The notes under the pieces: model-generated
The model's database searches: none
The model's input: the letters and a program-made list of their open reading frames with translations, nothing else
What the model was told of the DNA's origin: nothing
Program-made: the position numbers and the translations under genes
Source of the DNA: a virus
Lineage: Duplodnaviria; Heunggongvirae; Uroviricota; Caudoviricetes
DNA: 18,127 nt
Direction: 5' to 3' (one strand)
IMG/VR virus record: IMGVR_UViG_3300014539_000123
Part shown: positions 8,798 through 14,016 of the stretch, piece by piece
Layout: each line of letters opens with the position of its first letter
How positions within the stretch are numbered: the stretch's first letter is position 1

Positions 8798-9130
8798 ATG
8801 TCTGTCACAATTCAGGGAAATACCTCAACCGTTATTTCAAACAACTCCGCCCCGGAAGGAACATCAGAAATAGCCAAAATCACAAGACAAATTCAGGTGC
8901 TGACTGAAAAGCTTGGGAAAATCTCATCGGAAGAGGGGATGACGACACAGCAGAAAAAAGAAATGGCTGCATTGGTACAGAAGCAAATTGAAAGCCTCTG
9001 GGCTCAACTGGAGCAGTTGTTAAGGCAGCAGGCAGAGAAAAAGAATGAAGACGCGACAGTTCAGCCTGATAAAAAAGAAGAGAAAAAAGACGATACAAAT
9101 CCCGCTGGCACCATTGATATTTACGTCTAA
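8798..9130 (+). CDS. flxA: FlxA (FliA-regulated protein, 110 aa)
   Basis: MSVTIQGNTSTVISNNSAPEGTSEIAKITRQIQVLTEKLGK...; SD aaggag 7 nt upstream. Matches K-12 FlxA as recalled. Confidence 0.85.
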   Translation: MSVTIQGNTSTVISNNSAPEGTSEIAKITRQIQVLTEKLGKISSEEGMTTQQKKEMAALVQKQIESLWAQLEQLLRQQAEKKNEDATVQPDKKEEKKDDTNPAGTIDIYV

Positions 9131-9145
9131 GTGACAGCCGTATTG

Positions 9146-9167
9146 TGGCCCTCATCGGGCCACTTTT
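9146..9167 (+). terminator. intrinsic terminator after flxA (tggccc-tcatc-gggcca + cttttcg)
   Basis: 6-bp GC-rich stem 16 nt after the flxA stop, followed by a short T-run. Confidence 0.5.
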
Positions 9168-9209
9168 CGCCATCAGCCTTTTCTTTAAAGACATATTATC
9201 TTTGTATCA

Positions 9210-9258
9210 TTTCTGATAGTTAACATTACAAGAATTTCTGATAGTTAACATTACAAGA
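9210..9258. repeat. tandem direct repeat, 2 x 24 bp (tttctgatagttaacattacaaga) separated by 1 nt
   Basis: Two identical 24-mers at 9210-9233 and 9235-9258, each with a central gttaac palindrome. Intergenic, between the flxA terminator and the integrase-like remnant. Confidence 0.8.
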
Positions 9259-9358
9259 TATAAGTAATGGACGCACTCCCAATTAGTCTATTTAAATCGC
9301 CACGAGTTTAACTGACAACCCATGATCAATTATGAATTGCAACTATTTCTGTAGTCAC

Positions 9359-9381
9359 TTTTGTGGGGACAGTCCACAAAA
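9359..9381. repeat. perfect 8-bp inverted repeat (ttttgtgg - ggacagt - ccacaaaa)
   Basis: Read directly from the sequence; no flanking T-run, so not a classic terminator. Confidence 0.7.
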
Positions 9382-9539
9382 CTGCCAACTTCCGCTTCTT
9401 GCTCTTAGCGGACATTAGCATAGGCTATTTACCATAACGCCTCATTACGCGCACCGCCCAGACTGACTCAGCGCGTTTCTGGCATATCCCCGGTAAAACA
9501 AGTAACAAACCACCCGAAAATGAACACCAGAAACGCGAC

Positions 9540-9789
9540 TTAAGAATCTACCCTATGAATGGATATGCACTCAACCGAATCGATCTTGGTTTCAATCTTT
9601 TTTATCGGGATCAGGCTTCTTTTTAGGTAACTTCGGGGGCTTAACTTGCTGATGACTTTGCGTTCGGCGCGTAAGCCAGGGATGGTCAGCTTTAGGTTTA
9701 ACATAGTATTTTGAGCGTAAATCAATACGGGCATTATCCACTCGTTCATGGACACTCTTTTCATCATCCAGTGGTAAGGTCCGGATCAA
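9540..9789 (-). pseudogene. possible degraded gene remnant (two overlapping ORFs in different frames; integrase-fragment assignment is positional only)
   Basis: ORFs 9540..9767 and 9592..9789 overlap in different frames with no SD and no recognisable motifs. K-12 annotates an integrase pseudogene here (ydfW/intK), but I cannot see integrase motifs myself. Confidence 0.2.
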
Positions 9790-10060
9790 CCACAGCAGGT
9801 TTCTTCACCTTTGCCCTCGAGAGTTTTTTGCGGGCGTTTTGCCAGTCCTTACGCGCCTGTTCAGAGGGGAATAACCCGTAGCCGGAGTTGTATACATCGC
9901 CACTGGCTACCAGCTCTCTGGCAAGAACGCTCATCAGATATCTAGTCGCACCTGTTTTAGCTTCCAGTTGCCGTAACGTCTCACGGCCGCTCTGGCGCAC
10001 GAGTTCCACCACCTGCCATTTAATTTTTTCCCGCTCTTCTTGTGTAAAAACTTTTGCCAC
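9764..10060 (-). CDS. hypothetical protein, 98 aa (possible ydfX equivalent), GTG start
   Basis: GTG at 10058-10060 preceded by strong SD agggggac. Basic C-terminus. Immediately downstream of the replication initiator gene, the position of the helicase loader in lambda, but far too short for one. Confidence 0.5.
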   Translation of the reverse strand: MAKVFTQEEREKIKWQVVELVRQSGRETLRQLEAKTGATRYLMSVLARELVASGDVYNSGYGLFPSEQARKDWQNARKKLSRAKVKKPAVVDPDLTTG

Positions 10061-10100
10061 AAGTCCCCCTTAAAATTACCTCATGACCTGAAATCAACAC

Positions 10101-11066
10101 TTATCCTCTGAAACCAGGCGGAATTTCTGTATCCGGTTCAGAAATATGATTAACACAACGCTGTACAGGTGAACGTCCCAGGCGGATGACCAGTTCGTCC
10201 CATTTTTCGCGGAGCTTTGACGGGCTCATGATGTTTTTTACCCAGAATGGATCTCGCTGAACCCGACCAAACATTTCGCAAATTTGTCTGTGGCTTCTGC
10301 CATCCAGCATCCGCATTGTGCGCACGTCATTGGCCCAGGCAGTCCAGTTAGGCTCTTTTGGTCGCATGATCTCGCCATCATCACTGGCTGCCTGTTCGTA
10401 GAGACCCACGATCCGCCCCCAGATCCACTGCGCACACGCCAAATCCTCCCTGCTACCCCACTGGCGTTTTTTCGCACTAAACACAACCGCGTCGGAGTTC
10501 CGGGTTAAAAAATCCTGTTCAGTCGTCTGCGGGTCCGGTTGCGAAGCTTCCGGACGAAAAGTGTTTTTATTCTCTGTAGTAATCTCTGTTGTATTCTCTG
10601 TAAGATCATCAGGCCATTTTGACCCGATGACATTGGGTCGTTTTGAACCAATGGAGCGTTTCATTTTGACCTCTTCCATCGTGTCATTTTGACCTGATGG
10701 AGCGGCGCATTTTGAACCGATGGATTCGCTCAATTTGCCACCATCTAAAAGCTCGCTCCCATAGTTGATCGTGTAGAAATTGGTCATATCGCGCTTTGAT
10801 TTATTGAGCTTTTCACAACGCAAAAGCCCCAGCGTTTTCAGACTTGCAAACGCGCGCTTTAACGTTGACTCTGACCAGAATGGGAACTGTTCCAGCCATT
10901 GTTCCGTTGTGTTATAAATCCAGCGAACACCATCACATTCCATGCCGGAGTTGGTATCTCTCAACCAGTAGTGCAGTTGTTGCAAAACAATGGCTTCGTT
11001 TAAGCCAATTTTCATTGCCAGCTGCGTGTTTATAACCAGTGGGCGTTCAGCAAAAAGAAGGCTCAT
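10101..11066 (-). CDS. phage replication initiation protein, lambda O-like organisation (321 aa from ATG 11066; ORF extends to TTG 11120)
   Basis: The coding sequence contains five iterons in its central linker, which translate into the repeated peptide SIGSK; lambda O also carries its ori inside the gene. Start codon ambiguous; 5' end is near the assembly gap. Confidence 0.55.
   Translation of the reverse strand: MSLLFAERPLVINTQLAMKIGLNEAIVLQQLHYWLRDTNSGMECDGVRWIYNTTEQWLEQFPFWSESTLKRAFASLKTLGLLRCEKLNKSKRDMTNFYTINYGSELLDGGKLSESIGSKCAAPSGQNDTMEEVKMKRSIGSKRPNVIGSKWPDDLTENTTEITTENKNTFRPEASQPDPQTTEQDFLTRNSDAVVFSAKKRQWGSREDLACAQWIWGRIVGLYEQAASDDGEIMRPKEPNWTAWANDVRTMRMLDGRSHRQICEMFGRVQRDPFWVKNIMSPSKLREKWDELVIRLGRSPVQRCVNHISEPDTEIPPGFRG
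10560..10725. repeat. ori-like iteron array: five about 16-bp repeats (consensus cATTTTGAmCnnATGG, period 22-25 bp) flanked by an AT-rich tract with TCTCTGT repeats
   Basis: Iterons at 10615-10629, 10640-10654, 10662-10677, 10685-10700 and 10708-10723. AT-rich region 10560-10612 contains three copies of tctctgt. All lie inside the O-like gene. Confidence 0.6.
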
Positions 11067-11268
11067 AATTCCATCCAGCTTTTTGTTGGTATTGCTGTCG
11101 ATACGCAAGTTTGAAAGCAATTGCTTTTTCTATAAGTTCGTCAGTTTCACGATCCACTACGGCAGGATCAGCAAAAAGCAGTCCGGACTCCACCACATCG
11201 CCATATTCTTTGTTTAACCCGGCGATCATGCACGTGATGCTTTTTCCGTCAGTAATTTCACGATACAA
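11047..11268 (-). CDS. ORF of 73 aa abutting the assembly gap; possibly the C-terminal part of a longer protein
   Basis: Begins with TTG right at the gap edge with no in-frame stop before the N-run, so the true N-terminus may lie in unsequenced DNA. Overlaps the 5' end of the O-like ORF. Confidence 0.25.
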   Translation of the reverse strand: MYREITDGKSITCMIAGLNKEYGDVVESGLLFADPAVVDRETDELIEKAIAFKLAYRQQYQQKAGWNYEPSFC

Positions 11269-11278
11269 CCTGAAATCA

Positions 11279-11575
11279 TTAATCNNNNNNNNNNATAGCC
11301 TCCATAATTGCAGGCACTAGCGCCGTGAACTTTTCACGCTTATCCCTGGTGTCGATAGCCTTCCAGCGTTCAAATATCTTCACTCGATTAACGCCAAGCG
11401 CTCGCTGATCAATCGCGCCACCTTCATATGTGACACGCTGAACATCGATGTTCGGGCGCTCTTTCAAAGCCCAGAATGCTTCAGTGATTAATATCGTCGC
11501 CTGCTCCTGTGTCATTCCTGGTCGACATATCCAGGCATCCAGAGCCTCACGAGCCTGTTCAGGAGTGATTTTCAT
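11279..11575 (-). CDS. hypothetical protein in the cII position downstream of dicC (98 aa as read; C-terminus crosses the gap and is unreliable)
   Basis: ATG at 11573-11575 overlaps the dicC 3' end by 17 nt. The last codons include the N-run, so the real stop is unknown. Confidence 0.4.
   Translation of the reverse strand: MKITPEQAREALDAWICRPGMTQEQATILITEAFWALKERPNIDVQRVTYEGGAIDQRALGVNRVKIFERWKAIDTRDKREKFTALVPAIMEAXXXXD
11285..11294. other. assembly gap (run of 10 N)
   Basis: Ten consecutive n characters; true length unknown. Interrupts the coding region between dicC and the replication gene. Confidence 0.99.
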
Positions 11576-11789
11576 TGTTCAACCGCCCCGCCCGCTTCGT
11601 CTTACGATATTCATCATAAACTTTGGGATCATACTGAAGCTCCCCGCCAGATGCCTCCTGTAGACGCATCGCGCGACCTTCGGGAACTAAATCCCCTTTC
11701 CAGCTATAAAGCGAAGCCAAACGAATACCTGCTGCTTGTGCAAGTTTTGTTTTTGAACCGAAATACAAAAGAGCGTCAGTTTTAAGCAT
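11559..11789 (-). CDS. dicC: DicC, Cro-like repressor of the immunity region (76 aa)
   Basis: MLKTDALLYFGSKTKLAQAAGIRLASLYSWKGDLVPEGRAMRLQEASGGELQYDPKVYDEY... Divergent from dicA. Matches DicC as recalled. Confidence 0.85.
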   Translation of the reverse strand: MLKTDALLYFGSKTKLAQAAGIRLASLYSWKGDLVPEGRAMRLQEASGGELQYDPKVYDEYRKTKRAGRLNNENHS

Positions 11790-11803
11790 TTAAAACACCT
11801 TTA

Positions 11804-11870
11804 TTGTTAGTCATAACTAACAAGATAGATGTTAACAAAAACATAGTCAATACGATTTAGCATTAGCTAA
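11804..11870. promoter_or_regulatory. dicA/dicC divergent control region with two operator-like palindromes (ttgttag-N6-ctaacaa at 11804-11823; ttagc-N4-gctaa at 11857-11870)
   Basis: Both palindromes share TTAG...CTAA half-sites. The second ends 2 nt before the dicA ATG, and dicA has no recognisable SD. Confidence 0.55.
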
Positions 11871-11872
11871 CT

Positions 11873-12280
11873 ATGGAAACAAAAAATTTAACTATCGGCG
11901 AACGCATCAGGTATCGTCGGAAAAACCTCAAACACACCCAAAGGTCTCTTGCTAAAGCCCTGAAAATCTCCCATGTGTCTGTATCACAATGGGAACGGGG
12001 TGATAGTGAACCTACAGGGAAGAACCTTTTTGCCCTCAGCAAAGTATTGCAATGCTCACCAACATGGATTCTATTTGGCGATGAAGACAAGCAACCAACA
12101 CCACCTGTTGAGAAGCCAGTTGCCTTATCCCCCAAAGAACTAGAGCTCCTTGAGCTGTTTAATGCACTGCCAGAATCAGAACAGGATACCCAGCTCGCCG
12201 AAATGCGAGCTCGAGTAAAAAACTTCAATAAACTCTTTGAAGAATTACTAAAAGCCCGTCAGCGGACAAATAAAAGATAA
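11873..12280 (+). CDS. dicA: DicA, CI-like HTH (XRE-family) repressor (135 aa)
   Basis: METKNLTIGERIRYRRKNLKHTQRSLAKALKISHVSVSQWERGDSEPTGKNLFALSKVLQCSPTWILFG... has a helix-turn-helix N-terminal domain and matches DicA as recalled. Confidence 0.9.
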   Translation: METKNLTIGERIRYRRKNLKHTQRSLAKALKISHVSVSQWERGDSEPTGKNLFALSKVLQCSPTWILFGDEDKQPTPPVEKPVALSPKELELLELFNALPESEQDTQLAEMRARVKNFNKLFEELLKARQRTNKR

Positions 12281-12316
12281 CATCATCAATGAGTTATCTT
12301 TTACCACATCAATTAT

Positions 12317-12370
12317 GTTAGCTATAGCATACAAAATCACTTGACCGATATGTTAGTCATGGCTAATCTT
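12317..12370 (+). promoter_or_regulatory. candidate dicB-operon promoter with operator-like sites (-35 TTGACC at 12341-12346; TTAGTCATGGCTAA palindrome at 12352-12365)
   Basis: TTGACC is followed 15-17 nt later by a weak -10 (gctaat/taatct). The overlapping palindrome and an upstream tgttagctatagcata share the TTAG/CTAA half-sites seen in the dicA-dicC operators. Confidence 0.4.
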
Positions 12371-12446
12371 GTTTGCATCAACACACCGCACGGTGTTCTC
12401 AGCAAACAGTTCCGCTACCCCAGCGTTAAGGGGAAATGAGGTCAGC

Positions 12447-12602
12447 ATGGATACTATCGATCTTGGCAACAACGAATCTCTGGTGTACGGCGTGTTTCCA
12501 AACCAGGACGGCACGTTCACCGCAATGACGTATACCAAAAGCAAAACGTTTAAAACCGAAAATGGTGCCCGTCGCTGGCTGGAAAGAAACTCAGGTGAGT
12601 GA
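12447..12602 (+). CDS. ydfA: YdfA (51 aa)
   Basis: Internal ATG of ORF 12369..12602 with SD gagg 5 nt upstream gives MDTIDLGNNESLVYGVFPNQDGTFTAMTYTKSKTFKTENGARRWLERNSGE. Confidence 0.75.
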   Translation: MDTIDLGNNESLVYGVFPNQDGTFTAMTYTKSKTFKTENGARRWLERNSGE

Positions 12603-12603
12603 T

Positions 12604-12732
12604 ATGGATTTCGACACAATCATGGAAAAGGCTTACGAAGAATACTTCGAAGGCCTTGCCGAAGGCGAAGAAGCTCTCAGCTTCAGTGAGTTTAAACAGG
12701 CGCTTTCCAGTTCGGCAAAATCTAACGGCTGA
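12604..12732 (+). CDS. ydfB: YdfB (42 aa, acidic)
   Basis: Hand-translated: MDFDTIMEKAYEEYFEGLAEGEEALSFSEFKQALSSSAKSNG. Starts 1 nt after the ydfA stop. Confidence 0.65.
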   Translation: MDFDTIMEKAYEEYFEGLAEGEEALSFSEFKQALSSSAKSNG

Positions 12733-12761
12733 TAAGCGAAACAGCACCGCGAGGAATCAGT

Positions 12762-12980
12762 ATGCAGAAACGAGAACCCGTCATCATCGCGCCAGACTAT
12801 ACCGATGATGAACTTTATGAGTGGATGCGCCAGAAAATTAATGCAGCGCAGGATCTGAAATGGGCTAATGAAGCCAGGGCTAAGCAGGCTGAAAATCTGT
12901 CCGCTCTGGAGCAGGATATCACCAATCTGGAAAAAGCAGCGGCATTAAGCATTGCCAGAATGATTACATACCCGCGTTAG
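12762..12980 (+). CDS. ydfC: YdfC (72 aa)
   Basis: MQKREPVIIAPDYTDDELYEWMRQKINAAQDLKWANEARAKQAENLSALEQDITNLEKAAALSIARMITYPR. SD gagg upstream of ATG 12762. Confidence 0.75.
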   Translation: MQKREPVIIAPDYTDDELYEWMRQKINAAQDLKWANEARAKQAENLSALEQDITNLEKAAALSIARMITYPR

Positions 12981-13320
12981 TAGCTAATCAACAAAGCTAA
13001 GGTTAGTAATTAAGGAGTTCTCCACGGGTGAGGTGGAGTGCGTGCGCCGGACACGGGTGCGCATCCGGAACTGACAGTTTACTGAAAGGATATTTCCCTG
13101 AAAAGTCAGACCATAACGCGAAAGCGCACGGCGAGGTAGCTGGTTCATAGATAGCCTGTCGTTAAATTTTCGTCGACCGTGCGCTTCCGGTTGTGGCAAC
13201 CCGCGAAATGGCGCGGCGGTAAGTATGGCGGGGTTATTCCTTCCCCGTTGAGGACACCGGGTTGTCAGGTTGACCATACGCTTAAGTGACAACCCCGCTG
13301 CAACGCCCTCTGTTATCAAT

Positions 13321-13378
13321 TTTCTGGTGACGTTTGGCGGTATCAGTTTTACTCCGTGACTGCTCTGCCGCCCTTTTT
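13321..13378 (+). ncRNA. dicF: DicF small RNA (Hfq-dependent sRNA, known to target ftsZ and other mRNAs)
   Basis: tttctggtgacgtttggcggtatcagttttactccgtgactgctctgccgccctttttaa matches the DicF sequence as I recall it, ending in a GC-rich segment plus U-tract. 5' end is generated by processing, so boundaries are approximate. Confidence 0.75.
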
Positions 13379-13547
13379 AAAGTGAATTTTGTGATGTGGT
13401 GAATGCGGCTGAGCGCACGCGGAACAGTTAAAACCAAAAACAGTGTTATGGGTGGATTCTCTGTATCCGGCGTTAATTGTTAACTGGTTAACGTCACCTG
13501 GAGGCACCAGGCACTGCATCACAAAATTCATTGTTGAGGACGCGATA

Positions 13548-13736
13548 ATGAAAACGTTATTACCAAACGTTAATACGTCTGAAGGTTGTTTTGAAATTGG
13601 TGTCACTATCAGTAACCCAGTATTTACTGAAGATGCCATTAACAAGAGAAAACAAGAACGGGAGCTATTAAATAAAATATGCATTGTTTCAATGCTGGCT
13701 CGTTTACGTCTGATGCCAAAAGGATGTGCACAATGA
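13548..13736 (+). CDS. dicB: DicB, cell-division inhibitor (62 aa)
   Basis: Internal ATG of ORF 13443..13736 with SD gagga 8 nt upstream gives MKTLLPNVNTSEGCFEIGVTISNPVFTEDAINKRKQERELLNKICIVSMLARLRLMPKGCAQ. Confidence 0.85.
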   Translation: MKTLLPNVNTSEGCFEIGVTISNPVFTEDAINKRKQERELLNKICIVSMLARLRLMPKGCAQ

Positions 13737-13924
13737 ATTCAGCATTTGTGCTTGTTCTGACAGTTTTTCTTGTTTCCGGAGAGCTAGTTGATATTGCAGT
13801 CAGTGTTCACAGGACAATGCAGGAGTGTATGACTGTAGCAACCGAACAGAAAATTCCCGGTAACTGTTACCCGGTCGATAAAGTTATTCACCAGGATAAT
13901 ATCGAAATCCCGGCAGGTCTTTAA
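13733..13924 (+). CDS. ydfD: YdfD (63 aa, small membrane protein)
   Basis: ATG 13733 overlaps the dicB stop (ATGA). MNSAFVLVLTVFLVSGELVDIAVSVHRTMQECMTVATEQKIPGNCYPVDKVIHQDNIEIPAGL has a hydrophobic N-terminal segment. Confidence 0.75.
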   Translation: MNSAFVLVLTVFLVSGELVDIAVSVHRTMQECMTVATEQKIPGNCYPVDKVIHQDNIEIPAGL

Positions 13925-14016
13925 AACAGTTCCGTAATAAATATCCGGTTTCATTCTTATATGCCAGCAATGGCAGGGATTTGTTCATCCTTAAATCTGT
14001 CATGAGGTTAAAACAA

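Noticed and set aside
12984-13319. Minus-strand ORF of 111 aa in the ydfC-dicF spacer
   Set aside because: Arg-rich product typical of spurious translation of GC-rich DNA, antisense to the dicB operon transcript, no SD.
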